Shown here one piece after another: positions 1 through 13,069 of a stretch of 64,000 nucleotides of DNA. Position numbers and translations under genes: made by a program. Under the pieces are notes generated by a model. The model saw only the letters and a program-made list of their open reading frames with translations. It ran no database searches and was not told where the DNA came from. The stretch is from Leptogorgia sarmentosa (lineage: Eukaryota). The stretch is from positions 17,298,001 through 17,362,000 of the forward strand of contig OZ210885.1 in NCBI GenBank assembly GCA_964658305.1, in the 5' to 3' direction. Within the stretch, counting starts at the first letter, position 1, and each line of letters begins with the position of its first letter.

Positions 1-1149
1 ACAAAAATAGGTGACTTTTTTATTGTTGTGCTTACATGTTCAGTGTCAGTGTCCTTTTCCTCAGATGCTCTTATAGGCACTGTGGGTTTCTCCTCATGCT
101 TTGCAACCTTTACGTCGTAATTTTCATCAGACAGAGTCAGACAACTGGTTGTACTGAAACTCATCACGAAGGCAAAGATAAAAAGTAAGCTTTTTATAAT
201 CTTTGGAGATAGCCTCCTTATATTTCATCAGAGAAAATGTCTCGGTAGTCCCTGGAACAAAGTACACCTCACTAAAATCTGGGTAAAGAAGAACATACGG
301 ACTGGCACGATCAAATGATTGATCGAAGTTACCATGTTTAACGATTGCCTTATCAATCAATTCATCTCGTTTAATATCATTGTTTACTTTTAATATATGT
401 GTCTTATTTCGGCGTGTTTTGAAAACACCATCACTGACATATGCTAAACCGACTTTGATCTCAACCTCCTTTGGTTGTTTGACCGAGGCTCATTGGTACG
501 CTTCTGTTTCTTCGATGGCTTAAAATCGTTCTGCCTACTAGTTTCCCGAATGCGATAGAGTTCACGAAAACTTAAAGTTGAGGACTGACCGAGGTTGAGA
601 AGTACCAGGGCGGTTTATCGCTGTCGTATTTGTTGATGATGTTGTTGGCGTACTTTGCAAAGCTTCGTGACTGCAGGACTCATCGCCTTGTCTGTTGTTT
701 GCCAAAACTTTTGATAGTTCCTGTCTCATGGTTTGCTGGATCGTATTTCGAATATCATTCTTTAATTCATCCGACATTATATTATCCAAAATTATAAAAA
801 TTGCATTAAAAATCACAAATCACATGCATTGAACTAGGTATTTTTAGTTCAATGATCACATGCTATGCTTCCACAAGTGTTTCCATCATCTGCTGGAAAA
901 GCCTTCCTTTTTAATTTCCCTAACTCTTTCCCAGTCTCCTCGCGTCAACCTCCGCGCGCAGCGTTTTAAATGACTTAGTGAAGAGTTGCTGCACATTTTT
1001 AGTATGATTGGGCGTGTTAATTTTTAAGAATATACAATATTTTCTGTTTGATGTAATGTGCTATACAAAGTTAGAAGAAATGCACTGCACAAAATAATGT
1101 TTGCAGCATGTATTTTTGTATGAAGCGGTGTCCCTTCTGGGCCACCGTA
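1..1149 (-). mobile_element. IS3EU-like DNA transposon, one end (other end outside window), inserted in an intron of the EnSpm SAM gene
   Basis: Minus-strand terminus TACGGTGGCCCAGAAGGGACAC (plus ...GGGCCACCGTA ending 1149) fits the TAYGG terminus typical of IS3EU. It lies 6 bp beyond a GT donor of the SAM gene. Confidence 0.55.
36..777 (-). pseudogene. Disrupted accessory-protein exon of the IS3EU-like element, resembling the N-terminal region of invertebrate HECT/G2E3-like proteins
   Basis: MSDELKNDIR... continues through stops/frameshift into YVLLYPDFSEVYFVPGTTETFSLMKYKEAISKDYKKLTFYLC; putative splice donor at 34-35. No HECT domain is visible in the window. Confidence 0.4.
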
Positions 1150-1155
1150 CTCTAC

Positions 1156-4111
1156 CTTCTTCAAGGGTGCCACTGTCAATGGCTTGTTCCATTTTGCTTA
1201 AGATTGAGGCATGTTTGCTGTGGTTCTTCTCTGCATAGGGATTAACCTCTGGCACCATACTTGCTTAAAATTGTCTTTGATTTTCCTTGGCATATTTTCA
1301 TCGCCCATAACTTCAACAAAGTCAGCTTTGATCTAGAACAAAATATTGTAAGTTATAAAACATTTATATATCTATGTAAGCAGCACAAGAAAACGTCACC
1401 GCTGTCAAGGTGAAACTTGACGTTTTCAAGACCTCAGGCACAGTTTTTCTCATCTGCACCTCACATATAATATATATATATTGAAATAGAATTTCCCCAC
1501 TACTTACATATAACAGATTTTTCAAGGGAGGAAACATCTCCAGGATTTCCACTATTTGCTTCACTTCATTTAGCACAAGTGCTCACCTTTTACCATAGGA
1601 TTTCTTCATCAGCTCTTGAATTTTCCCATGATCCTTTTTCGTCCGCTGCCACTCTTTCTTAATTTTTGTAATGGCCTTTGCTACATCTTCCTCAGGTTGG
1701 TCTATCTCAGGGACAACTGTCCAACACAATGTCTTTTTTGCCAACTTTCTACCCTTGGTTCTTGGGGTTTCGTTTAAGAAAGGAACACCAGATTTCTTTC
1801 TTTGAAGCTTTTTAAATCTGTTATAAATTTTCATCTCAATAGATCCCTAAAATGACAAAATACATTCAATTACTTTTAATAATAACCTGTAGTAATGCAA
1901 TGTACCAGATGGTGATCGACAGTATAGATGAAGTTTTTACCCATGGCTTTGTGTCCTCATCAAGTAGTGGGTCTTTTAAAAACGGATAGGTTTCCACAAC
2001 GGCAATTGCTATCTTTTCTCGTTCAGCCTTGCTTGGGTGGCTTGTATGGTTCAACACATTTGTGCACACATCTCTTACAAGCTCATTTATCAGGTTAGGA
2101 GGTAAATATCCAGCACCAAGACCAGCTTGGACAGCACTTGAGTACTACAGTAAATATCAAAACATAGTCATTATATAAACATCACATGTCAACAAATCAA
2201 CACACACTAGATTACACATACCCGATTTGGGATTGTATAATTCCTTAACCAGTCCTGAAATGAAAACAAATTTAACAAATCAGTAATAATTCCCCATTAG
2301 CAATCAGGGCTTGTTCCCTCGGAAAATAACTTGTGCAGAGAAGCATGCAATTACTCTCCTGCCTTACTGCATTACTTAATGTCCCTATCATCGAAACAGT
2401 TAAAAAGTAGAGCTCTGTAAGCAACTACAGTTGCTCAATGTCACCTTTGTGAATTGCACTTCAGTGAGATCTGACAATTTACCAAGAGACACCAGCATGG
2501 AAGTTACATGGGTAACACGAAACAATAGGCAACAAAAAATGGCAACAAAAATGGCAACTAAAGAATAGTGTTTCATTAGCTTTCTTCACTTTCTTGGGTG
2601 GTTTACCCAACAGTAATTTTAGATATTTTTACAAAAATCTAGGCATGCTATTCTCCCAATGGAACATACTGCCAGTTACTTAAATAAAAATAAACCTAAT
2701 CTGAAACAAAGTTACCTTTTGTGAATTTTGGTGATGAGGACTAGGAGTCTAAAATTAAACAGAAGTTAGTCTTGCCTGTTTATTAACAAAGTATGAATTG
2801 GTGGTATATATTACTACATAAACAATTAATTTCCTACCTGTATTGGTGTTATCGGCAATAAGGGCAAAGTAGCAACCTACATGTGAAAAGAATCAGTAAA
2901 TATAAGGCAAAGTCTACTGCAGTTTATGTTATTTACACTTTGTTTACAAAACATATTTCTATCATTCACCTCAAATACCATACAAACCTTATCTAATGCA
3001 GGACTGTTATTCTTTGATGACTGTTGTAATGTGGAACAGTCAGCAACAGGCTCCACTTGCAAACTTCTATCAGGAGAAGCTATTACCTTTGAAAAAACAT
3101 ATTATAAAGGTGAAATTTAACAGATGTGATACCATAAAATCCTGGACTTTATAGTTCATACAGCCAAAAAATCCAAGATCCAAGAATCAAATTGTCCAAC
3201 TATGTATTATGCTACGATTTCTTACCACGTCATCTGCATTATTATCACTGCATCCATACACAGATGTGTTGTCATATGAATCAGAATCAGAGTCTGACGA
3301 GTCAAGGACTTTGCGCCTTTTTCCTTTTGGTGTGTCAGACACAATGTACTCTAATAATCTTGGTGTCAGTGACATAGTTTTAGCAGAACTAGAACATTTA
3401 GAATTATTTTTCTTTTCCAGTACAGGATTTCCCTCAGAATCAAATACCTTAAAGTTATAAAAAATACAAATGATTACACTAAGATTGGTAACTTTTTCTG
3501 CATTTCCTATAAATCAATCCAGTTTTAAATATTAGATAGGGCAGATAAAATTACTACAGCCTTACCATGCCGGTCACTTTAGTCCAGGCAGCAACGGCTG
3601 CACGCTTTTGTTTCAGACTCTTGAAGAGGTCAGTAAACTCTGCTCTCGTCAAAGTAACAAACAGTTCCCTGTCGACCTCGGTAACTATGAAATATGAATG
3701 ATACCAAATGTTTAATGTAGAAATTGATCAACTCACATTTCCGATTTGAAAATTCCGCTTTGTTTGCTTGGCTGCCATATGGCCACCGAGTTGGTAGCTT
3801 TTCAATCCGTCGAATAGCTTTTTAATCCTAGCTTTTAATAATATCTTTTTAGCATATATAAGCTTGGAACAGACACAACAAAGGTAACCTAGTGTTATTT
3901 GTTTAATTAAGTTATTTCATTTGCACTAAAAATATCCAAAACATTCACGGAAGCAGCGTGACACAAAACGCAAAAGTATTCTGGCAACATATAAAGTATG
4001 AATTATAATATTTTTACCTTCAAATGTTCTAATGATTTCATCATCCAGTCCGTTGTTACTTAGGAATTTGGATAATTGAGAAGTAGATAAATCACTTATT
4101 ACCACAGCCAT
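1156..4111 (-). CDS. Multi-exon SAM-domain (SAMD3-like) accessory gene of the EnSpm element; 3' part interrupted, probably frameshifted
   Basis: Exon 1 (4111-4018) and exon 2 (3684-3566) splice via GT/AG to MAVVISDLSTSQLSKFLSNNGLDDEIIRTFEVTEVDRELFVTLTRAEFTDLFKSLKQKRAAVAAW, a SAM-like pattern. Later exons carry AIAVVETYPFLKDP and KIYNRFKKLQRK. Confidence 0.65.
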
Positions 4112-4540
4112 TTCAATGTTTTAATCGCAAACAACAAAGCACTCGGACAAGGTAATTCCTCGAGCAACAAGCTATAGGCGTCAACTGCCTGCAATTATTA
4201 TATTCCCAAGACGCTTACATGACCATGCATAAATTATCATCAACCAACCAATCAAAATACACGGTCGTACTAATTACATACAAGCACCCGACAGACCCGA
4301 TTTTAAGGTAAATAAATACCTACAATAACCAGTAAAATAAAATTTACATGAATAATATGATTCTAAGACGCCATAAATAGTAGGTAATAGTATTCTAATT
4401 AACTTTAACGACATCCCTTCGCTTTGTTTTCAACAACACTGAGATTAAAGGAACTCTGTTTTGAAATTGTATAAACAAAGTAATTCTGTTGTAAACAGAA
4501 TTCCATTTGAATTACGTCATGACATTGTGCTATGTTTCCC

Positions 4541-4620
4541 AAGTTTCGAAAAAAACATTGTTTTAATTTCAAGTTTCAAAAAAACATTGTTTTAATTTCA
4601 AGTTTCAAAAAAACAATGTT
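4541..4620. repeat. 29-30 bp tandem repeat, about 2.7 copies, between the divergent genes
   Basis: AAGTTTC(G/A)AAAAAACATTGTTTTAATTTC-type unit repeated. Confidence 0.85.
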
Positions 4621-5025
4621 AGAATCTGCTAGCAAAGTGATTGGCATTGACAGTAATGCCTGGTAATGATTTTCTCAAAGACAAATCCCAAAACACTGTT
4701 GATGGCTTTAACAAATTCTGAGATCTGGGGATAAAACTTGCATGCATGGTTATAGTAATTTATATAGAAAAAATATATTAATCTATAGTAAGATTACAGA
4801 TGACAACGTTTTGAATAGTAATGCAAATTATCAAAACAAAAGGATGTTTGGGTTAGGGTGAATGAGGATAAGGCATCAATGGTAATTACATTTATGGTAA
4901 TAAATGTCGAATCAGTCTCGTTCCCAGGCCGAAGGGAAAAAACGACGAGTCAGTCGATGTCGCAAACAGTCGCGACAGAAAACAAAAATTAAATTGTAGG
5001 TTTTTCTGTCTTAAAAAATGAAATC

Positions 5026-8000
5026 ATGCCTTGTTTATGCTCATTGTGTCGGTCTAAATTTCTAACCCTTCAACTGCTACGAAATCATTTGGAGCAATAT
5101 CATAAATATGAGGAGAACTTTCATGTTGTTTGTCAAGCACCAGGTTGTGAAAATGTATACGAGAACTTCGAAGGCTTCAAATCCCATTTGCGAAGAAAAC
5201 ATGCCCATATACTGAATAGGATTATTGATTCGGAAAACAACATTCCACCAGTGATTCCACCGAACGACGAGAGGCCGCATGATCCCTCATTGAGCGGCGA
5301 TGATGAAGAGGCTGGAAATCCGAATGCTGGTGACAACCATCCTTGCATCAACCGCGACATAACCAGAGAAAGCAATGGCTTAAAGGAGGAAGATATCGCA
5401 AGACTAAATGCGCGTTACTTGCTTGCGACAAAAGAAATACACAAATTGAATCAAAAAACGGTTAATACCATTGTGACAAACACTACTTCGATTGTCCAAA
5501 ATTCCTTGGAATTGGTGAGAGGTCGTGTGTCATCAATGCTTGATAACTGTGGAGCTGGTTGCACTAATATTCAAGAACTGCGCGAACAATTGAATGACTT
5601 ATTGACGGAGGAAAATGTGATGACCAATCCTTTTCTTGGAATGGAGACAAAATGTCAACAAGACCAAATTTTTAGAGATATGTTTGGAGTGGTGGTAAGT
5701 GTACCTAATAGATACTCACTCCAGAGTAAAATGTATCATACTGTAAAATTAATGTATGCACATTAATCTATTGCAGGAACCAAACCGTAGGACCCTGGCA
5801 TTACCCATAAGCCAAAAAGGAGTGGTGTTAAAAGGATAACTGTCCCAAAGCCTGATGAAATTATTGATATTTCTTTGTTGAAGACACTAGAACAAATGTT
5901 GAATGATCCAGTTATATTAGAAGGTACTTTAAGTTTACTATTTCTTACTTCGTGAGATATATATGCAAACTGAAAAAAAAGCTGAGACTGAGATTGGCTG
6001 TTTATGTAGGTCTTACACCCACACCGCCGAAAGGACAATCTACTGTCAGACTACTGTGATGGTTCTGAGTTCCAAAAGCATCCGCTATTCGAAGCAAGAC
6101 AGGAAAACATAAGCTAGGTACTTTTTTTACACATTTTGAGGATGGCATTATTCCGTGGAATATGTTTTATTATATACAAGTCTACTAAGTAATCTGATTA
6201 TTCCTTTTTATTCTTTATAGGACTGGTTTACTACACATTGGGAAACCTTTCACCCCAATACCGGTCACAGCTCAAAGCCATACAGCTAGTCGCTGTTGCC
6301 AAGAGACCCATTATTAAGAAACATGGCATCAACTCTCTCCTTACTTCATTGATGAGAGAACTTGCTGAACTTGAGAAGGTATATCTAAGGCATGCTGTTA
6401 TATGTTGTTTGTTGAATTATGAGATCTTATAGTTATTGTCTGGCTGACACATACAAAATTATTATAGTATTCATTTTTCAAGGGCTGTATGCATTATAAT
6501 GTGTCGATGTCACAAGGGATGAATTAATTTGTGTATTTATTGCAGGAAGAAGGACATCAATTCATTATTAAAGGAGTTTCAAGATCCTTCAGGGGCACTA
6601 TTGCATATGTATCAGGTGATAACCTTGGTTCACAAGAAATTGGAGGCTTCAAGATTGGTCCAGCTGCCAGGCTTAAATGTAGAGAATGTTTGGGTTTAGC
6701 AGCTGAATTAACTACAAAGGTACATTAACGATACATCAAGGATTAACTGAAGTCACATTACCATATCTTAAAATATCAGCCAGCAAGTTGTTTGCCAAAT
6801 TATCCAGTGACTGTTTCTGAAACACTTAGACATTATGTGACTTATGTCCAATGGCATAATAATATGCAGTATTCTTAAAATTTATTCCTGTTGTCCTGTA
6901 GTTCCATGAGCAGTATTTTAAGCTACGCACAAGGGAACCCTATGATGCAAGTTGCAGAAGATTGTCACAGAATGGAAACGATGAGGAAGATGTAGCTGTT
7001 GAAACTGGCATTTGCCATGCATCAATTTTAAACCAATCGAAATATTTGCATGTGGTTGGTGGTCTGCCAGGGGATGCAATGCATGATATTCTTGAAGGGG
7101 TTCTGCAATATGAAGCTAAGGAATTCTTGAAATATGCAATGTTAGATGAAAAGTACCTTTCTCTCCAGGAGCTAAATGATCTTATAGTTGGATTTGATTA
7201 TGGTTATTCAAATGACAAAAATAGACCGTCAGCCATCAATCGAAGGACATTACATGCTACGCACAATTCTCTTAAGCAGTCAGGTATTGGGATGTTTAAT
7301 AATCTAATAAACACTGGTTTTAAGACAACCAAGGCTAGAGCACCAGTCTCTCCACTTAACAAGTAACATTAAGTCCACATTTTAAAACTGCTTCATTAGC
7401 AGGCCACTCAGTGTAGCATTTGCCACCTAACTGTAGGAAAAACAACCATGATTTACTGCTTGTTAACCATAATTATATTTTCAATTGTACTGTAGCTTCC
7501 CAAGCATGGTGCCTGGCAAGACATCTGCCACTACTTCTGGGAAACCGAGTGCCCAAGGAGGATGAAAAGTTCCAGCTGTTCTTGCTGTTGCTGGAAATTG
7601 TGGAACTGATCTTTTCACCTGTCATCAGTCGTGAACAGACTAGCTATTTGCAGTCAATTATTGAAGAACATCACTCACGATTTGTTGATATATATCCTGC
7701 TGCAACCATTATTCCAAAAATGCATTACATTATTCACTACCCAAGAACAATTATGAGGTAATGGTTGTTACTATGCATACAGTTCATTCGAGTACATGAA
7801 AAATAGGAAATTCAGTTACATGCAATAAAGGAGAGAGGCAACTAACATTTTGATATGATTAGCCTTAGTCACTCCGTAATGACACAGAAAGCTATCTGTG
7901 TTGCTGTAACATTGCCAACTTACTGATCGTCTAATTTTTTATTGTTTTGCAGACTTGGCCCAATGGTTAGATCATGGTGCATGAGGTATGAGTCAAAGCA

Positions 8001-8882
8001 CACATACTTCAAGCAAGTCGCAATTTCCCTTGGAAATTTTATCAATGTTCCACTCACAGTGTCTGAGAGGCACCAAAAGTTGCAAAGCTTAAACTTCTTT
8101 ACCGAGGTACAAAACCCCTGGAATGTGGACCAGGTATTAAAAATGAACTTTCTTGATTAACTCAACTGGCATTTCAAGTAATAGATAATTTACTTTTATT
8201 TAACATCATTCTGTTGTCAACTAACAATTTAACTCTGGGCTACCACAGGAGACTTACAGGATTTATTAAATATTATGATGTTTCCTGATATTAATAAGAA
8301 TTATTGTAATTTTCAGGCTCTCAATATACAGTCTCATTGGACCCATTAATGGAGAAATTGAGGGAAGTTGATGCAAATGTTAAGGATGGTGATTTGGTTT
8401 ACAAGTAAGTTAATTGTCATGCATCACAACTATACTCCTATTTTACTTTGCATTCTTAATTGTATTGATGATTTTGTTATTATATACTGCTTATACTGCT
8501 CCTATGATTTTGCTAATTCATGGTCATGTGTTTCTTCCCTTTTAGACCTTCCTGGGTAAACATCTTAGGAACCAGCTACAAAATTGGTGCCATTATCCAT
8601 GTTGGCTTTGATGAATACCTTCCTGTTTTTGCAGAGATCAAATCAATTTTTGTTTTCAGCTCGTCCATTGAAAGGGTGTATTTTGCTGCCGAGAGTCTGC
8701 ACACTGACAAATTTTGTGAGGAGTACCGCACCTACATTGTCAAAACAATTGTGGATCCGAAACTTCAGCTGTATCCCCACAGAACTTTGCAATACTTCCT
8801 CCCCCTGCATTTTTTGAAGCCTGTTGATTCAAACAACCAGGCTCACATTCTACCGAAATATGACTTACACAATTATGATTGA
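5026..8882 (+). pseudogene. EnSpm/CACTA-type transposase with N-terminal C2H2 zinc fingers, about 10 exons, internal deletion in exon 3
   Basis: CSLC...HLEQYH and CQAPGC...HLRRKH fingers; motifs GTIAYVSGDNLGSQEIGGF, CREC, DAMHDILEGV, PKMHYIIHYP, GPMVRSWCMRYESKH. Approximate exons 5026-5694, 5777-5923, 6010-6117, 6221-6378, 6546-6719, 6902-7282, 7496-7757, 7953-8132, 8318-8403, 8547-8882. Confidence 0.85.
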
Positions 8883-9050
8883 ACTTGAGTAGTTACATTA
8901 AATTATGACACCAACAGAAGTGACATAATCAATGAGCATCCTAGTGACTGTATGTATATAGTTTACTATAACTATATCTATGAAATAATTTTGTGGAAAA
9001 CAATTCATATTATTTCACAGTAATAAACACTTGTGGATTATTAACGACTC

Positions 9051-9159
9051 AATAATAATAACAATAAATCATGCATCAATTCACATGTCTATGATTAGCC
9101 TCACTAATAATAATAACAATAAATCATGCATCAATTCACATGTCTATGATTAGCCTCAC
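9051..9159. repeat. 55-bp tandem duplication in the transposase 3' region
   Basis: AATAATAATAACAATAAATCATGCATCAATTCACATGTCTATGATTAGCCTCAC twice. Confidence 0.9.
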
Positions 9160-9244
9160 CAATTAGAAGTTATGCATCTTTTATTTAATGATGTCATGCA
9201 CAGTCACAGCATGCAGTTTCATTCTTAATGGTTATATATAGCAC

Positions 9245-9860
9245 AATCAGCTCTAACGATTAGGCCAAAACGGCCCCGAAGTTGCCAAAATGGCCCCTAT
9301 GTGCTGATTTGGCCCTTCGTTGGGGCCAAATTATGATGACTACAATATAACATAAAAACCGATTCGGGTATATAAAAAATTCAACCCATTTTGGCTTAGT
9401 GATGTAGCCAAATCAGCTCTAACGATTAGGCCAAAACGGCCCCGAAGTTGCCAAAATGGCCCCTATGTGCTGATTTGGCCCTTCGTTGGGGCCAAATTAT
9501 GATGATTACAATATAACATATAAACCGATTCGAGTATAGAAAAAATTCAACCCATTTTGGCTTAGTGATGTAGCCAAATCAGCTCTAACGATTAGGCCAA
9601 AACGGCCCCGAAGTTGCCGAAGTTGCCAAAATGGCCCCTATGTGCTGATTTGGCCCTTCGTTGGGGCCAAATTATGATGACTACAATATAACATAGAAAC
9701 CGATTCGAGTATATAAAAAAAATCAACCCATTTTGGCTTAGTGATGTAGCCAAAACAGCTCTAAAGAATTGGCCAAAACAGCCCAAACGTTGCCAAAATG
9801 GCCCCTTCTCTGCTGTTTTGGCCCCTCGATGGGCCAAATTGGCTAACCGATTAACAAGCC
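9245..9860. repeat. About 166-bp subterminal tandem repeat (about 3.5 copies) of the EnSpm element
   Basis: Units start AATCAGCTCTAACGATTAGGCC at 9245, 9411, 9577 and (diverged) near 9753; each contains the hairpin TTTGGCCCTTCGTTGGGGCCAAA. Confidence 0.9.
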
Positions 9861-10550
9861 AAAACGGCCCTTTTTGATTTGCTGTTGGCCCTTTTTGATT
9901 TACTGTGTAAGTATTGCAAGCCCCTTTCACACGGTACTAGAACAATTTTTGTCTGAAAGGTATTCGTGCAGATCATATAAATGACCAGAGTATGGTTTAA
10001 TCTTTTGAGTAAAGTACAAATCATACGGATGGACACATCTGGGTCAACTCGTCTTTTTAATCAAGTTCCTGTTCAAATTTTCTTTCAAATTCCTAAGTTC
10101 GCCAAGATAAATTTTGTGGGATACCAGGTAAACAGGACAACGCAGTGTGAATGAGTCAGTCAAACATTGTATTCACCATTACTCCTGCTTTAAACCCAGC
10201 CCAAATATTAACGCTATGCAAATATTAATTAATTAATAAACAATGAACATAATATACCTGCACGAAAGACATCTTAGTATGAAATGGCACGGAAAAAAAC
10301 AGGCTACAATGCTCTAGTCTTTGTTTTGCAGTGTGTGCTCCAGAACGTAAATCCTTAGCACCAGTGAACCAGACTCGAGTCATCTGATCTCCTCCAAATG
10401 GTACTGAAATTCCCTTCATGTGGTCATTGTCATATGTTGTATTAAAATGAGCTTGTGGTTGATCCGGTGGTGAGGATAATCCAGCGATTGATGTGGGCTC
10501 CTGAATTCCATTCGAGGTTGTTTCTGTTGGGTTGGTGATAACGCCTGCTT

Positions 10551-11144
10551 AGGGTTAACAATCTCGGAGAACTTACAGTGGAACGACCATATCAGCGAGA
10601 CTGTTAAAATAGCCAATAAACGTTTATATTGCCTCACCCAACTTAAACGAGCTGGTGTCCCGGTATCAGATGTTGTTCAATTTTATTCCATCTGCATAAG
10701 ACCAACCCTCGAGTACGGAGCCGAAGTTTTTTACCACTCGCTACCAAAATAGCCGATCCTTGGCAATCATATTCCCAGGACAAGAATACGACGAAAGACT
10801 GCAGTTATCCGGGCTTACCTCCCTATTCGATCGACGACAGGAACTATGCGATAAACTATTTAAATCAATAACATCAGATAAAACTCACAAACTATGTAGT
10901 TTATTGCCTCCTAAGAACGAACATAAGTATAATTTAAGACACAAACGTGCTTACACTCGCCCAGTAATCCACACCAAACGTTTCCAAAATACTTTTATCC
11001 CATCAATGTCCAAATGAGGAAGTCTTTGTATGTACATTTGTAAATAGTCTACACGTCTATAGGAATAGTGCTTGTAATTATCTACGCAATTCAGCTGTTT
11101 AGGCTGCCATGTAGTTTTTAATAAACATCTATCTATCTATCTAT
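10551..11144 (+). mobile_element. 5'-truncated L2/Daphne-group LINE (RT C-terminus and 3' tail)
   Basis: LGLTISENLQWNDHI...KRLYCLTQLKRAG...IRPTLEYG...YNLRH...TKRFQNTFIP; AATAAA then (CTAT)n tail; CTGCTT duplicated at 10545-10550 and 11145-11150. Confidence 0.85.
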
Positions 11145-12136
11145 CTGCTTTGATGTAAATGTTCTCTATTTCCTGTTCGTAAAAATCAAGAATGGCTACG
11201 ACATTGTCATACTTCTTCTCATCCTTTAGCTGCATGGAAATTGGAACAACCGTGGACTTAGAAGATATTTCCTGTTGCTATTTGTGTGGAATATGTTGTG
11301 GAATAATGCTACTCATGAACGATATACTTGGTATATTGGCCACCAAGACTCTTCCAACTAATACCTTCAAATTTTCTCGAAACTGTACGACTCTTCATTA
11401 CTGAGGATAGCTGAAGTAGGACAGGTTTTGACATGGAACTCTCTCGGCAATCAAATTCGAAGCGAAATAGTGTTGGTCGACATTCTGATGAGATGATCGC
11501 ATGTCATGTGCACGAATTAACACATCCCAGTTGTCTCCTGTACCCTGGAACTTTTTGCCGGATTTCACCTCTTCAATCAAACCATCTGCATTATGATTAC
11601 CAATTATATCCAGGAGATTTATCTTACTTTGATGTGACAAGGAGATGCCCATTTTTTGACATTGCCTAAAAAGCTAATACATAAAACAAAAGACCTTTCA
11701 GTGTATATGACTATAGTATAACGCTACCTGTTTAGTTGGGCAATAAAATTCAATATTTAAAATGTCATTGTGTTTTAAACGATTGATTAACAGAACGTTT
11801 TCACCTGTCGTATTTCACAATAGTTTATACGTTAACATAATAAAACATGTAAGACTATCATCAACGACTATAAGTATCTGCGATTTAATAATCGAATAGG
11901 TTTAGATTTGGGGACTTCGATTTTGAATCTTCAAGTACGTTTTGAAAGGTGTTCGGGGAAATGAGAAATTAAATACAGCATAACCGTAAAGACCATTTCA
12001 TTTTACATGCACAAAAAACATAAAAAAGCGTATTTATAAATGGCTACTAAAGATCTGACATTAAATTCCTCGGAATGTTAAACTGTGATACTTTAAAATA
12101 AAATAAAATTTCGGTCGATATATGTATCAACATCGC

Positions 12137-12264
12137 CGACCTTGTATCCAGGTGCCATCTCATCATGCTCTCGATTACTCCCGTTTGCGGGTTAGGATGA
12201 GGGATAATGGACAAATTGGGTACTAGAGAACACCTTTATGGGAAGGCACCTGGGTAGAAGGTTG
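12137..12264. mobile_element. Small MITE-like element with imperfect TIRs
   Basis: CGACCTTGTATCCAGGTGCC ... GGCACCTGGGTAGAAGGTTG, similar to the CAACCTCGTACCCAG terminus at 42858. Confidence 0.4.
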
Positions 12265-13069
12265 AAGGACACCTGGATACAAAGTAATCTTGGTTATTAA
12301 TGTAAAAAGAGATTAAAAACAATTTGTTAACCTTTTTCTTTGCGTTGCCTTCGTCAACAGAATCGTGATTATGAGTTTTTTCCCTAAATGACGTATTGGC
12401 TGAATTCATAACCTAAAAGATTTAACAACAATATCATAATTTATAAACATTAGTAAATTATTATATACATGCATCTGAAAAAAATGAAATCCTATTCTTT
12501 AAATTTTACATACTTCATTACTGCAATCATTATTGGTTAAGACTGTTGAGGTGTCGTCTGTTTGTTCCAGTAGAGGTGACACCATTTCTGCGTTCGATGT
12601 ACAAATTGCTTTACTGCTTGGACCAGACTTATTTGGAGAAAATACGAGGCATCTCTTTGAAGTAACTTGTCCGGTAATACTCTTGTTTACTCCCAGTGCC
12701 ATTCTTTTAAATTTATCGAAACCATCAAGCTTGCCTTGGCAACTGTGACAAACGTTTGTAGGCCGCCCTTCGACGTCTTCATAGCGTATTCCCAGCATGT
12801 TCTCTATTGTTTCTGCAATTCGTTTTCATCTATTAATGGCAATAAAAATATCTGTAAACTTATTGGGAAATTTGTCTTGACTGCAAAGGGAGCATATATT
12901 AATTGATCCTTTATAATCTTTTTTTCGAGGAGTTACCTCTTTGGAACACATAGCTACCAGTTGATCTGAAAACATGGAAAATTACTGGCACTTGTTGTCA
13001 AATAGAAATCCATTTTTTGATACAAACTACTGAATTTCTCGTGAACTACAATTTACTTGGATAAAACAT

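Larger units (their letters stand above)
1150..9907 (+). mobile_element. EnSpm/CACTA (animal-type) DNA transposon with two divergent genes; right terminus at 9907
   Basis: Terminus ...GATTTACTGTG (CACAGTAAA on minus), 166-bp subterminal tandem repeats, spliced transposase on plus and SAM-domain gene on minus. Confidence 0.8.
10258..12975 (-). pseudogene. AcademH-like (DUF6589-type) transposase remnant, spliced, interrupted by a LINE
   Basis: N-terminal Cys-rich segment (VCHSCQGKL); FQGTGDNWD...HDMRSSHQNVDQHYFAS; LKDEKKYDNVVAIL; PFGGDQMTRVWFTGAKDLRSGAHTAKQRLEH...FHTKM. Frame is restored when 10551-11150 is removed. Confidence 0.65.

Noticed and set aside
9592..9930. 112-aa ORF on minus
   Set aside because: Translation of the EnSpm subterminal tandem repeats.
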